DNA of 62,529 bases, filler included, from Asterionella formosa (Eukaryota): the NCBI GenBank assembly GCA_002256025.1. It is 23 parts of 23 records of this genome, joined end to end, with 100 filler letters (N's around TTAATTAATTAA, not from the genome) between each part and the next. Parts side by side here need not be neighbours in the genome. Positions count along the whole stretch, not along the records: positions 8,187 to 10,812 come from NKIB01015024.1; positions 10,913 to 13,540 come from NKIB01015025.1; positions 13,641 to 16,266 come from NKIB01015026.1; positions 16,367 to 18,991 come from NKIB01015027.1; positions 19,092 to 21,719 come from NKIB01015028.1; positions 21,820 to 24,444 come from NKIB01015029.1; 17 more parts are not named here. The stretch is one strand, 5' to 3'. Positions 10,751 through 24,544 of this stretch are shown here, piece after piece (position 1 is the first letter of the stretch; each line of letters begins with the position of its first letter). The notes under the pieces are model-generated. The model did no database searches. It saw nothing but the letters and a program-made list of their open reading frames with translations, and was not told the origin of the DNA. The translations under genes and the position numbers were made by a program.

Positions 10751-12379
10751 TGTAGAATGATTCCTATCAGTATTCCGAAGCAAGAAGACAGTTTGCTGAC
10801 CCAGTTTATCAGNNNNNNNNNNNNNNNNNNNNNNNNNNNNNNNNNNNNNNNNNNNNTTAATTAATTAANNNNNNNNNNNNNNNNNNNNNNNNNNNNNNNN
10901 NNNNNNNNNNNNGTTGCTCTCACTAATGATAACAAACAATACAGCTACTGTTGTGAATCCAGGAGCATTACTACTAGATGCATTGCTGATTAACACTAAA
11001 GTCTATTTTTGTTAATTCAATTTCTACGAACATGAAGAGTGAATAGTTTGTCATCCTAATAATTAGAATGGTGAAATCGGAAGATTGTTGAATATGGCTG
11101 GCTGGACACCTCATGGGACAGCAGGCAAATTTACTTTCAAGTGTATCCACCTGCACCTAACAGCCTCCTTCCCATACAGCAATCCCAAATCGCCGCTCCA
11201 GTCTGTCTCTGAACATCATGATAATGGATCAACGATAAACACCCAAAACTCCGTTGCCAAGATTATTTCCTCTTCATGCCTTCTGTTTGTCTTCATGTTG
11301 CGCTAAATCGCGAACTGGTGCCTACTTTTGGAGGTTTATGAAAGAAGACATGCATATCATTAGAAGAAATTCCAGCAATGACAGTTGACAATCAACAATG
11401 AAGGCGGCGAGGATTGTGATAGCTCTGACACCATGTCAGTCACAATGGGCTTACCTTTTCCTCCACAATCGTTGCTTCTTTAACTAACAGGCCTCCACCA
11501 AAGCTCTATCCACGAAACAGATACTGTTTAGTATCAAAACCCAACCAGAAGATTGGATGGAGTACCGGTATTGCGAATATTTGTCCGAAGATTGAGACCG
11601 GGTACGGTTTATACCGGTAATCAAACAATATACTGGTAACTGAACATAGTGTACCGGTACATGGTATAAATACAGTAGATAGGAGTATACCCGAAGTTAA
11701 TTTTGTTTTATGATATTGTGTTCATGTATTATGCCTTGTATCGGTACCTGGTACCAGGTACGAGGGAGGTACGGGAAACTCCGTACTTCCTCGCTACGTG
11801 GAAAATTCCTTATGATCGTTGATACATGCCTGTTTGAGCCAGTAAATTGGCGACCCGCTGATTTCACGCGTCTGCAAATAAAATATATATCGTACTTATA
11901 AGATCAGGGGTATCATATGATAACTGGCACAGAATTTTTCTGTGCATGATACATATTTTGTTAAATGTACGATAAATGCATACTATGAAAGTGAACAGGC
12001 TAAGGCTTACCGGTACCTGGTACCAGTAAAGAACTGCTGTGACCCACTGAGTTCTCCTGTTCGTTTGATTAGTTCGACTAAACCTTTTCCATGCCTTGCG
12101 AGAATCAAACTTCCAGGTCTTGTTAACCAAAGGAGTCAGCAGGTTGTGGATCTGTCGGTATTCTCATTGAAGGTCGAGGTACTGAGATACGAACCCTTTT
12201 ATGTGGACAAAATTTGCCGGTAATGGGTCACAGAAGTACTTAAATTTTTATATATAATTGTAGTATATAATTTTATATACCATTATGATCACAGATTACC
12301 CCGTTTGGTTTTCGCAAAATTATTTTTAAGAATTTTCGCATCCAGTATTTATATCACTATCACACGCAAATGCATTCAG

Positions 12380-13500
12380 CCACATGAAATGCTTGCGCCT
12401 ATCAACACCACTGCAATATCGCCCTCATCCCTACTAAGCTCCTGCCCTCCCACAAGCACAAAGAGGCCGAATTGGATATGGAGAATCCTTTTATCCACGG
12501 CAACAAGTCTCCAAATATCTTGCCAACAAGTTCTGTCTGGTTATTGGAAGCGGCGCATCGCCGTTGCGCTTGTACCATGTCACCACTGTTTTCAGTTCAG
12601 CTACGTTGTACTAGCTTCCAGCTTCCGTTCCAGTCTCTCTGATGGCCTGTACCTTCTGTGACAATTCAAAAAACCGTTGATTCAATTTCTGCTTCTTGTT
12701 TTGTTCCTGGATTTCATGCCGGTGTTTGATTTCCAGCATATGCTCAAAAAGCGGTGGTCCTAGACAAGTGTTTCCAACAGCAAAGTGCAGTCCTGTGGTC
12801 ATTCATTTGTGTGTGTGTCGATTGCTGCTTGTGCTGTTTGCTTTCTTTTCCTTGCATGTTCTGCTGCATCATTACCATTTCGCACATCTTCTCTGTTTAT
12901 GTATTCAACAATTTGATTTGTAAGAGTTCCTGAAAGTCCTTCTTGCAGGTTGAGCTGGTCAGGTGTAATAGAGGTTCTGTTGCTGTGTGAGATTCAATTC
13001 AATGGGACAACACCAAATTTCGTCAGCTGTATTTCAGGATTCAACAAAAAATTATAGTTCAAAGGTCCCCAGCCTCGCTCTGCTACCGCTTTTTTGTTTG
13101 TGCATAATCTCGCAAATCTTTTTCCCCAAGAAGTGAATTTGCAAGTTGCAGTCGCTCCCTCTCGGCATGTGATGGGCGGACGCATTTTACCCAACTGATC
13201 ACCAATGAGCTCCACAATGTAAGGTTCCACTTCAAGCATAGGCGAGATGCAAGCTGTGTTCGTTCCTTGATTGTTTTTTCTTTTTGCACGTGTTCTAACT
13301 GTTTCGAAATTAATATTGACAGCAGGAGGAATACCAAGCGCCTCCTTTTCTCTCAATATTATACAGGCAAGTGTATTTCTCTTCACTCGTGATTCTCCTC
13401 CTCCTTTTTCTTCTTCCTCTTCTCTCACCATATATTCTGCTGCCGAATTGGAAATACATTCTTTCACTTTTTCTTTGGATGACCACCATAGGGCAGGGTT
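12380..13500 (-). pseudogene. Pogo/Tc5-like DNA transposase remnant, internally deleted
   Basis: SPMLEVEPYIVEL..LGKMRPPIT..LQLANSLLG (CENP-B/Tc5 HTH-like) joined to a C-terminal VAELKTVVTWYKRNGDAPLPITRQNLLARY; no DDE core seen. Confidence 0.55.
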
Positions 13501-14132
13501 GCAGTGACAGAAATGGTGCTGCTGCTGCTTTCAGTTGATGNNNNNNNNNNNNNNNNNNNNNNNNNNNNNNNNNNNNNNNNNNNNTTAATTAATTAANNNN
13601 NNNNNNNNNNNNNNNNNNNNNNNNNNNNNNNNNNNNNNNNAATCATCTCATCATGATTGATAAGATGATACTGTGATATCATGATAAGGTTACATCGATG
13701 CATACATCACCAAAGTATGATACGTAATATTGAATAAAGTACATCACATAGCTATGATACATTGATCATAAAACTATGATGATTTTATAAAATGTTTATG
13801 ATATAATTTTGATCAAAATATGATCATGTAAAAATAGTACAATGACAATAAAATACGATAAAATATGTACGCAAGTGTTATTGATACATCACAGAATATA
13901 AATCAAGCAATCATAAAGTATGTTAATAAATATATGTGTTTGTAGTTTAATGTATACAATTAAAGTCAACAGTTAATATGATAGTATTATACAGTGGATA
14001 GGATCTAAGTATACGGATGCGTTGATATGTACATCACTATAATATGATTTGTGATATGGATTGATGCATATCACATACCGGTATCCTCAACAACCAGCCA
14101 TCACGTTAATTGTCATGTCGTCTTTCCTTGTT

Positions 14133-14470
14133 TTAGCTATATATATGCTCAGATCCGTTCCATTGCAAATCTTCCTTCAATAGGTCAAACTCGTCATCCT
14201 TGAGCATTTGCCTTCCAGTGGCATCGTAGGACTGAAGCGCATCCAGAAAGATACGCTCCTTTTCGGCTACTGTGAGACGAATGAGTTCCCCACTTTCCGG
14301 ATCGACGACACAGTATTCCTCGTCAGGAATGCATTCTTCTTCCTGCAAGTTAGTCTCAAAGAATCTTCCAGACTTGGCGTTGTAAGCGATTTCTCTCGTT
14401 CCGCTCGTAATGGTGATCTTTTCATCACTTCCTTCTTTGGCCATTAAAAGTGGACCAGCAACACGACCAG
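14133..14470 (-). pseudogene. PGRL1: PGR5-like 1 (PGRL1) internal fragment without targeting peptide or C-terminal TM part
   Basis: RLTVAEKERIFLDALQSY..TGRQML.DDEFDLLKEDLQWNGS is the conserved PGRL1 core; diatom-type CIPDEEYC upstream; similarity ends at GSE. Confidence 0.85.
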
Positions 14471-16266
14471 CTGTTGTCGTTGTCTTCCTTAAAGTTCGAT
14501 GATCTTAAATTCATTTACCGGTACTGTCCCGCTGCAGTAGCAGCAGTCATAGACATATGTATATGGTGTTCTATTTATACAATCCTAAAACTATGATGAT
14601 TTACTATGGTGTTCTAGCGCTTGCTTATTACTCCGACTACCAGTACCGCTTTTCAGTTTCACGATCATACAATCCTAAAACTATGATGATTTACTGTCCC
14701 ACTGTAATTGCAACAGTCATGAACATATGGTGTTCTTTTGAATTTTAGTTTTATGATCATACGATCCTAAAACTATGATGATTTACTGTCCCACTGTAGT
14801 AGCAACAGTCATGAACATATGGTGTTCTTTTGAATTATAGTTTTATGATCATACAATCCTAAAACTATGATGATTTACTGTCCCACTGCTGCAGTAGCAA
14901 CAGTCATGAACCTATGGTGTTCTGTTGCTAGTTTACTACTCCGACTACCCCCAGTATATCACTTACTACCTGCTACTGGTACTCTGTATATATATATGAT
15001 ATATTGTTATTGTCATATGATGTACCAGTACACATGAAGAGCTCCGACCAAAAAAGGGGCTTAAACAATTTGCTACCAAAACCCTGGCGGCTATTTAACG
15101 GTCTAAATAATTAGTTTCAACGGACGTAGAAAATATCGATGCAAACAAATTTCAGAATCAATTCCGGTACACGTAGTCGTGGAAAACAATGGACATATAG
15201 TGCATTGAGTATTATCGAATTATGTATATGCGAGTATGATCATCTCAACCAAATCAGATGTTCCATATCGAGAGCGCGTTTGAATTTTATAAATGTATAA
15301 CACTTAATATATATATATATATTTACAAATTTTATTTCTATATCCATGGCATATATATTTTTGAAATCGTTCTGTCATGTTAACAAACAATGCCTGCTGC
15401 TTCATGAAAAGATATGTCGTAGTAAAGCAAATTAAAAGAAAAGAAAATTTTCGCAATACATAACGAAAAAATTGTGACTTCAACACATTGCGCCTTCGAA
15501 GGATGGAGAATGTTTAAGGTAATGAAGCCATCAATGTGGTAGCTACTTGGATGACAATCGTTAGGAGGCAGGACAACAACAAATTGTTAACTAAACGCAG
15601 CCACATTTCCTTTTTTCTCAGTTGATTCAACAGCTCGTTTTGCTGGTTGGGGAGCACCAATGTAAAACAAAACCAAATTGCGTAAGTGCTCTTGTCGCTC
15701 GTTGGACCTATTCACTTCTGTTGGAACAAAGCTGACAAAACGTTTACCTTCTCTCAAAGTTAAGATGACAAAAATGTACCGGTAAGTTTTATTCAACAAC
15801 ATTGGATACCCGAAACGTACTTATTCAAGAATTTACTGACAAGTTACTATTAAGCAAGAGGATACGATGGAATTGCGTGTCGTTGTTTCAATGTAACATG
15901 ACTACTTGCTAACAAATCATTCCTTCTCATTGTTTCTGTAACTGCATAGGTTGCTGCAATGTCAATTGAATCCTCGACTCAAATAAAAGAACTCTGCAAT
16001 ACAGTTGAATGGTGAGTGTGTTCTTGTTGTGTACCTAAATGCTAGTATGGCTTGTCAGCTCACGCATTGTTGTTGACAACAGGCAGGGACAATGAGGTCC
16101 GGAATGAACTGGCTGTGTGTTGCTTTCTGCTGTTGCTAGTTCTATCATATACATTACTGACACACTGTTGTTATGAAAATCTCTGCAGGTCAATGAAGAA
16201 GTCATTTCAAGTACAAGAAGGAAATCAGTGTGTGAGGATGCATTCATGTTGCAACTTCGTAGAATG
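14471..16266 (-). mobile_element. Multicopy ~1.8-kb dispersed element (copy 1) with an internal ~90-92-bp tandem array (14557-14930)
   Basis: High-identity reverse-complement matches to 24545-25130, 25650-27167 and 57196-58310; repeat core tacaatcctaaaactatgatgatttact at about 14578, 14668, 14760 and 14852. Confidence 0.85.
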
Positions 16267-16498
16267 NNNNNNNNNNNNNNNNNNNNNNNNNNNNNNNNNN
16301 NNNNNNNNNNTTAATTAATTAANNNNNNNNNNNNNNNNNNNNNNNNNNNNNNNNNNNNNNNNNNNNGCTATTATACAGTAACAAGTGATCATTAATAGTT
16401 TATATTATTTAATTACCATAATAATAGCGATGTGACGTATTTGTTTACTAAAACTGGACCTTGCACATTACCTTACCAGGGTACCAGGGTACCTGGTA

Positions 16499-16593
16499 CC
16501 TGCAAGTTGCGGTAATTTTGCTGAAACTAAAGATTTAGCTTCCTTTATCCGAGATCAAATGTTTGTTAAAGCAAAATGACTGCAACTTGCTGG
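16499..16593. mobile_element. 95-bp MITE with 24-bp imperfect TIRs and TA target duplication (Tc1/mariner/pogo type)
   Basis: TA|CCTGCAAGTTGCGGTAATTTTGCT...AGCAAAATGACTGCAACTTGCTGG|TA. Confidence 0.8.
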
Positions 16594-17681
16594 TACCATG
16601 GTTACTACTTGAAACTCATCATGAGGAGTGTGTGAGAAATAGTGTTTCCCTAATTGTGTTCTGTTTGATGGGAACACACACTGCCAAGTGCTTACTGATA
16701 GTTGGTTAGCCTTCAGACATTTGATTACGAACAATGTTGAAGGGTGAAATCCATGAAGGAAAGAGAGTTACCTGACAGTAGTAACTCTCAGATGTTGATA
16801 GGTTCAACCTAGGTTCTTCTCCAATATTTAGTAAACTGTGAGTGATTCAAGAGACTAATCAGCAATGTCCAAGATATTGAGGAACAAGCAAAGTATTCTA
16901 ATGGATATTCTTGAAAGAAGTATTCAATCAAGGGACATGGTATATCTCAAAAACTACCTTGACTACTAGATGGATATTTCCATGTGCCAAAGAGGATGAG
17001 GATATAATCAGGTTTGCTTCCTCTGAAGAAGGAATGACGAAGAGCTCTCCTCCAAGGAACAATTAACAATTCCTTTCAGAAACATTTCGGATCTTACATG
17101 CTTCACTCTTTTATAAGCTAAAAAGTGAGACACAAACTATTTTCTAGGAATTTCCACTGCACAAGGCCAGTAGCATATCAATTCTCATTGAGGAATAGAC
17201 TACTGGTGGTGTTAAAAGCCCAGTTTTAATGGTACTCCAATAGTCTTATTATCTGGATACATACATGATATTCCAACAAAAGTGCTGCCAGACTGGTGAC
17301 TGCTACAAATATATGTTGCTATGGTCTGCTTATTCCTTCGATCGACCTATTAAAGCCAATGTGTATAAAATTTTGAGCTTTTTTGTAAAGATTCATGGTT
17401 ACCAGGTAACAGGTACCTCTCTTCGGCCAGGTTGTGCAACTCAACCATCATAGTGGTCCATCCCTACAAACATCAAAAAGAATTTGGTACTGATACTTCT
17501 CTCACTCGTTGCTACTTTGACCCGGGTTGTTGACAAATACATTCCAACACAGACTGAGTATAACCAAGGATAAACTCCAGAGCTATGAATTACGAAAGTT
17601 TGTTCTAATTAGCTCTATCGTTTCCAGGAGTGCATCCATCTCCGTCAACAAAATTATTTCTGAAAGCGTACATCGCGTAAT

Positions 17682-18329
17682 CTAGCTCTCCACAGTCAAC
17701 GACGCCAATTCCTCTGTCGGCAATTTGTTCTGAGCTCGCATTGCCTTGTGCTTTCCGAAATAACAACGCATATCATACGCATCTTCTCCATCCGCATAGT
17801 ACGCCTTTTCAATATCATTGATCTCGTATGCCAGTGTTTCGTTGTATAAGTGAAAGGCAGCTCGATTCGATTTTCTGACATGCAACGATACGTATTCAGC
17901 ACAAAAAATAGTTTCCATTTCCATTTGTGAACGACGCATAAGGGAAGTGGCAATGCCCCGTTTGCGGTGGGTACGTAGGACGCTGAGTGAGGTAATGTGG
18001 CCGTGCTTGGGCTGCGTGTCGTCTTCTTCCATTTTTGCCATGACGTACCCGACAATCTTGCAATCAAAGTCTTCGGCTACCCAAAGGAGTTGTGGCCAGC
18101 TGAGTAGGTGGTAGAAGTAATATTTCATCTGTAATTTGAACAGCGATGGTGAGAGGCACAGGACGCAATGACACAAGGAACGAGCATGAGTCTTCAAATG
18201 CAACGGTGCCGAAGCACTGTGAATCGACCCTCGGCCTGCACACACCTGGTAATTCTCAGGTAGACACCACAAGTTCGTTGTTTGCATTTGCAAAAGATCG
18301 TCGACTGTAGCCATTCGTATGCAAACCAT
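17682..18329 (-). CDS. NAA10: N-terminal acetyltransferase A catalytic subunit; exons 18329-18246 and 18128-17682, intron 18245-18129 (117 nt), 176 aa spliced
   Basis: [67 protein letters not shown]...CAG intron. Confidence 0.97.
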   Translation of the reverse strand: MVCIRMATVDDLLQMQTTNLWCLPENYQVCAGRGSIHSASAPLHLKTHARSLCHCVLCLSPSLFKLQMKYYFYHLLSWPQLLWVAEDFDCKIVGYVMAKMEEDDTQPKHGHITSLSVLRTHRKRGIATSLMRRSQMEMETIFCAEYVSLHVRKSNRAAFHLYNETLAYEINDIEKAYYADGEDAYDMRCYFGKHKAMRAQNKLPTEELASLTVES

Positions 18330-18614
18330 GGTGGAGGGGAAGGTGATACTATTGATTGAAGAGACAAACGAGACAATGTGACAATGCCTGTGGTCCTATT
18401 GAAGACTGTTCCACAATACCGGTACCTGGTACTACGGGTATGTATGATTATTAATCGGGGGGGAAATGCGGATCAGGTCCATCATCCATACGAAATGGCT
18501 CAGCCACTGCTGGGATAGTGGCACTTTTTTAGTACCTGGTACAGTACATAGGTACCTTATGCACACGACCCTTTGCAAGACGAAGAAAAGTGACGCGGAA
18601 TCTGCTGTCTGTGT

Positions 18615-18702
18615 CCTGAAAATTGCGCTCAAACAAAATAGTTAGCTATCTTTATCCCATATTAAATTGTTTATTTAAGCAAAATGACCGCAACTTGCTG
18701 GT
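18615..18702. mobile_element. Partial copy of the 95-bp MITE upstream of NAA10
   Basis: tagctatctttatcc...aagcaaaatgaccgcaacttgctgg. Confidence 0.65.
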
Positions 18703-20559
18703 TCACAAGTGCAGCCATCATGCTGGTCATGACTGTACTTACTAGCCCTAACCCTATTCACATATGCATCCCCTTGTGCCGGTAAGATAGCCTGTTGATA
18801 CAAATATAGCTTTGTGTAACAAATAGTGCCAGGTTGTAAAAAAATACATACAGATATAAACTGTTGCCATTCTTGCCTTCTTGTTTGTGATTACTGTTAG
18901 TTCCGGCCCGTTGGAAGCTAATTACCGGAACTTCTAGCTTCGCTCCCTCATTCATAAAGTCTCCTCGGCGCGGCGCCAGTGACAAGATTGCNNNNNNNNN
19001 NNNNNNNNNNNNNNNNNNNNNNNNNNNNNNNNNNNTTAATTAATTAANNNNNNNNNNNNNNNNNNNNNNNNNNNNNNNNNNNNNNNNNNNNTAGTATCAG
19101 TGTATAATTGTACACGACGTATAATTGTACACGGAAGGTTTTGAGTTGTGTGAAAAATTGTGAAAAAAGTCGACACTGCTGCACGCGGAAGGTCGCGTGG
19201 TAAAACTGTGCAGTTCGAATCTCGCCATCTTGACCGGTACCATACCAGGTACCGGGGTATCTTTGATACAAGCAATCACGCACGCACGCAGGGCAGCAAT
19301 GGAATGCGGCCGACACCAAGCCGATACTATCAAATGACTCCGTAAGCGCAATACCTGTACATGTTTAAACATAATACGTGCGCGCTAGCAAGTCAGTACC
19401 CGGGAAATTTTTAAATATTGCATGTATCATATGAATTAATGAACAATAGCATAATAAGAACGGAAATCGGAATTGGATCAATTCGTGAATTGGCTGCGGT
19501 CGACTATCAGTACGGTAAGTCAACAAATCTACCGGTACCGGTGGTACAAGGAACGTATTTCAAATGTATTATTAGCAATAATACTACCGGTACCCTGGTA
19601 CCTGGTACCGTACATGCAGAAACACCGTACGGTAGGTGTGTGCTATGTAGGGATCAGTACCTGGTAAATTCGGTGAGTCTACGATACCGGTGTGCTACCA
19701 GGTACCATATATTGCCAGTAAACTGATACATACCGGGTAGTACAGTGTAGACCGTAATGAAGGGTCAGGCAGCGCACGTTTTATGCGCACCTTTTCAATT
19801 TCGACTCACTAGCTACCGGTACTACATATAATGATTTGTCCCAATCCTGCCAGACGAGATAGGCCAGCTTTTGATGGAAATAATAATCCTTAAGTAATTT
19901 AGAAAAATGTAACTCTTCTTCTGTATTGACCAATGATGATTTGCAGAATAAGTCTCTGAACATGACTCAGATATGCTACCGGTAGCTAATTGATGAACCA
20001 GTTCAGTAAACCATCTGCCTATTAGCTTTGGAGTACAAATAGGAATTTCTTTTTCTACAATTAGAACCTGCTGACAATGGCTAGGATTTCCTGACAATGA
20101 CTAAAATTTCCTGACTAGAACTACTAGAAATTGCTCATTATTGCTAGAATTCGCTGTCAAAGATTAGAACTTGCAAATATGAATAGATTTTCTGAATGAC
20201 CTTTATGCCTATGAAGTATATGCAAGAACAGACACAACCACAACCTCCTGATAGCCCTGCCAAAACTGCGAACACATGTATCATAACTATATAAATAATG
20301 GTCAGCCACAGTCATTATCACGCCTGATGCAACAGGCAGCCTACAGGGGGGGAGGGGTCGTAGTACCTGCCTAGTACAGCTATATTTGCAATATCATGAT
20401 ACAAATCAAACATCACTTACTGTGGCTGGGATAAATGATATGCTCAGGGTGCCCAAAGTAGCCCTTGTCGACGCTAGTATATCATTATTTAGTATAGAGG
20501 CTGCAATTTGTTTTTAAGTATAAAACACTACAGTAAACTGGAGAATACTGCATCATCAT

Positions 20560-20735
20560 GTCGTCTTTGCCTTGACCATGACGAAAATAACAAATATCTC
20601 CATGAAAAATGAGAGCAAGCGATGCTTTGCTATTTGTTACATATACTAAGCATGACATAGCTAGACAATACAATCGTATAATAATTATGTTAATAACACT
20701 AATTTGGACAACGAAAAGGGAAGTCGCTGACAGAA
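20560..20735 (+). repeat. Sequence related to the interior of the 639-bp MITE (~31335-31495)
   Basis: ccttgaccatgacgaaaata...atctcca.gaaaa...gctttgcta.ttg.tac...aatacaatcgta...taataacactaat is shared. Confidence 0.7.
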
Positions 20736-22685
20736 CATCTTTTCATGTAATTTATAGATGCGCAATTCAGAAGAATGGTGATATGAGCAGATTTGAAACT
20801 TTCACAGTGTGCAACACTCTACATCACGGTAATCTATAGGTCGAATCAAATTTGTTGTTTGATTCTGTATTTAAACAATATCAACTAATAGTGGTGCATT
20901 GACATTTTCAAAATGACTCTTTTGTTTATGATTACTGATCCAGTTTGTGACTACATACCACGAATAGAAATTACTGAAAACGATTAGAAGGTGCTGACAA
21001 CGATTGGAATTTGGTGACCTTGACTAGAATTTGCTGACAATGACTAGAAATTTCCTACTAGTACGCCAAGAAGTTACTGATTGGTGAACCCTATAAGCAA
21101 ACCGTCCTCCAGTTGGTGAATACCATCATTATCAGAATAGTAGTAGGTGAACACGATTTCGATGAGCGAAACACGACTTGGATTTAAGGAATAATAATTT
21201 GACATAATAGAAAGTTACTTAAGGGAGTTTGGAATAGAAAGCCAGCCTACTAGTACCAGTACTCTGTCAATTCTCACTGTTTCTTAATTATAAGATTAAA
21301 CTTAAATCTAGTTTCAATACCACTCATCACACACTTTGAGAACCTATTCTTCGCGTTCCCTTTTCGCTGATGCAAACCTTCTTCTGATTGATTTGAAACA
21401 TCAATCTTCTTAGCTAGTTTCTTGACATGGGAATGCTCCTTTGGATTCATCGGACTATAAACGAGTCCACAATTCTCGTGACTCACAATAGCCATTGATA
21501 CTACCCGTATCATCCGCTCTGATATGAAGAACTCCACTCATTTCCTAGCGTCTTGCTCCTTCTTGGTAGAGTTGTTCTCAACCTAGCACACGCATCTTTC
21601 TGGTGTTCATTAGCGCGTCACATCACATTCGAACGCTTTGCTTTGGAGGATCAGGTTCGAATATACAATGTTCGCTGGAACCTTCGCGGCTGCTGCTAGT
21701 CGCGGTGCAAAACTGAGACNNNNNNNNNNNNNNNNNNNNNNNNNNNNNNNNNNNNNNNNNNNNTTAATTAATTAANNNNNNNNNNNNNNNNNNNNNNNNN
21801 NNNNNNNNNNNNNNNNNNNTGAGAGCATCCTAGGTAAGTTATTGTACTCTCATTTGATGCTTGTTATGTCGATTGGAATGTGAAGTTACTATAAAGATTG
21901 TTTATGATGTCATCAGTTCGTGGCACATGTGTGGCTGGAGATGCTTGAATCGTTGCAACACTTTTGCTAACATTAAAAATATTTTCTCCTCAAAATCATA
22001 CAGGAACCTTGGAGAATGTGGCTTGCTACAATTCTTAATGGAAGCAACAATCAACCATAAGAGCACAGGTAAGTCATCTGGTGCACATTGCCTGCTCATG
22101 CGGAAATTGGAGTGATAGATTGTTCATGTGATCATTTCGTTGCACATATCTTTGTTTAGATGGCTGCCTAGCTTACTTGATGCAACAGTTTTGCTAACAT
22201 TATTGTTATAATCTCTTACAGAAAAGTCGTTCAAGAACATTGGAGAATGTGACTTGCTGCCATTCGCAATGGTAGAGGTTCGAAGAAAGCATCATCAATT
22301 TTGTTAAATTAATTTTGATAAGGCAAAGATCTAAACATAGCTACCGGAAGTGAAAATTGAGGTATTGAAGACCACTGTTTGCTCATTCTGATAGAGGATG
22401 CATGCACAGTGGAAAGTATGGGTGACCAGAAGTAGGCTAGAATATTTGAGTATTAAATATCAATCCATTTAATTCGATTTTTGTTTATCATTTATAGAAC
22501 ATGATAATAGGTTTGATCAATGAGAGAAATAAGTTAGATCATTAGTAATGAATGTTTGATCGAAAGCTAAAAATTCTATTTGATGTTAGCATTCCAAAGG
22601 TTAGACCAAATGAATAACTGATTTGATCTCACGATTACTATCTTTAGATCGAACACCAAAACATTAGTTGATATCAATCATTTTT

Positions 22686-22765
22686 TTGTATGATCAATCA
22701 GTATTTCTGTATGATCAATCAGTAATTCTGTATGATCAATCAGTTTTTTTGTATGATCAATCAAA
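22686..22765 (+). repeat. 21-bp minisatellite, about 4 copies (tgtatgatcaatcagta.ttc)
   Basis: Direct reading; the same core recurs at ~34660. Confidence 0.85.
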
Positions 22766-22869
22766 AATTAATACGTCATACTGAGAATTTTTGGGGCAGT
22801 GGGTCTTACAGCAAAACTGTTAGGCCTAAATTTTTTTAATATACAGATTTATGGTACCACTTTTGGTAT

Positions 22870-23670
22870 CTCTAAGTACCTAGTCTAGTATTCTCCTTAG
22901 CAAAACTTTGCCGAACATGAGAGACCAAAGTTAAAACGACATTTCAGGTGCATCATGCATTGAGCTAAATTTCCTGAATGCTTCTGGGACTACGGTCTTG
23001 AATACACTTCTCAGATCCGAGAACGGATGGCACACCCCTTAACTAATGATTGTAGTACCCCAGCCACTTGAACTACTCACCGGTATCACCACCCCAGACA
23101 TCTCCGAGGTATATACCATTCGATTTCTATGGCTGGGTAAAATATCATGATGTCAGGGGAGGGGGAACTGAAAATGAGATTGGATGATGGCTAGGAGTGG
23201 CCGAAAACATTGGACAGGGTAGGTGCTACTACTATGTTTTAAAATAAAATGGCAAGCAAAATCATTGCCCAAGCAATCCACAGTTTGTCTGCTGCTAGTA
23301 AGCAACACGAGAAGAATGGCTTGATGAGACATAAAGAACTAGTCTCAATTTGATGAAACCCTTATCCACTATGCACCAAACAAGGAGTTGTTATAACCCT
23401 CAAACACTGATGATGATGTTGATTCAGTCATGGACAAGGCCAAGCAATACAATGGCAGAAATTGCTTACACCTGACCCAACAAGTTTGCCAATGCAGAGG
23501 TTTACTTAGCTGAAGGGGACTGCAACAAGATTGCCAAAGTCCTAGGATGCAAAAGAAATTCTGAGCGTCTCAATATTGGCAGAAAGCATGCTAATCCCAA
23601 ACTAGACTCCAGAAACTTCACTGTTGAATTACAAGAAGGAGAACAACAAGACATTGGATGAAATATTCTT
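22870..23670 (+). pseudogene. Heavily decayed CoDi-like Copia integrase C-terminal region
   Basis: WDYGLEY, PDISE..PFDFYGWVKY, WLGVAENIGQ, AKVLGCKRNSE..NIGRKHANPKLDSR.F.VE; many stops and frameshifts. Confidence 0.75.
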
Positions 23671-24017
23671 TCATTCTACTATATTAAATAAATATACATG
23701 TACACAGGTCAGACCGGTTGATATTCTGACAGGCCACCCTGGAATTCTTCTTCCCGATTTCCCTCGGAACTAGATATTGAAACGTTGATAACACTTTCTT
23801 TATTTTATTTTGATTCTTTCCTTCTTTCATCATCGCTTCATTCTCTTTGTATACGTCAATAGCCTCCTCATTCGTTCGCATTCTAGATGAGATCTTCACA
23901 TTTTACAGAAGCACAATCGATAAATATATGCATGGAGGGATTCCTCCTTATCAAAGCCTTTTGGGGTTCCAAAAACCCGCAACTGTGACAGATTATGCCC
24001 ATGTAGCGAATCACCAT

Positions 24018-24444
24018 TCAGAAGTAGATTTCACTCTCGGTACTCTCACAGTCTGAATCAAATCTGAGCTTGACAAATTCGTAGCTGCTGCCTGACGCGC
24101 GTCCGTTAATAATGCGGAGCCTTTCATCGGAAATATCTACCAGTAGCCCCATAGAATTTTGCTTCAGCAGACGCTTGGCTTCGCGTCTCCAGTAGTTGAA
24201 CCATGCATTCGAGATAGTACGTACAGATTGAAGAATGACTTGGGTAGCCTTCATTGTTGCGATGCGCTCGCGAACATCAGCTCCAGATACTGGAGAAGCT
24301 GTGGTTGCTATCCGCATCATGCTATGAGTTCGATCTGTACTGTAACCTAGATATCCAAGGGAAATCGCGGGGAAGAATTTCTGAACATTGGTACCAAGCT
24401 CGTGGAACATTACTGTCATGGCGACAAATCTCTCCAACGAGGCT
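24018..24444 (-). CDS. 3' part of a conserved-looking hypothetical protein (5' end cut by the contig end)
   Basis: Open frame from the contig edge with balanced codon usage: ERFVAMTVMFH...DRTHSMMRIATTASPVSGADVRER. Confidence 0.55.
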
Positions 24445-24544
24445 NNNNNNNNNNNNNNNNNNNNNNNNNNNNNNNNNNNNNNNNNNNNTTAATTAATTAA
24501 NNNNNNNNNNNNNNNNNNNNNNNNNNNNNNNNNNNNNNNNNNNN

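Noticed and set aside
14557..14930. CRISPR-like array (28-bp core repeated every ~92 bp; also ~26720-27100)
   Set aside because: Intervening sequences are mostly copies of each other rather than unique spacers, the context is eukaryotic, and no cas genes are present; it is a minisatellite.
15304..15802. Recurrent short ORFs shared with 25793-26515 and 57197-57666
   Set aside because: Frames and stops differ between copies, so they are not conserved as coding sequence.
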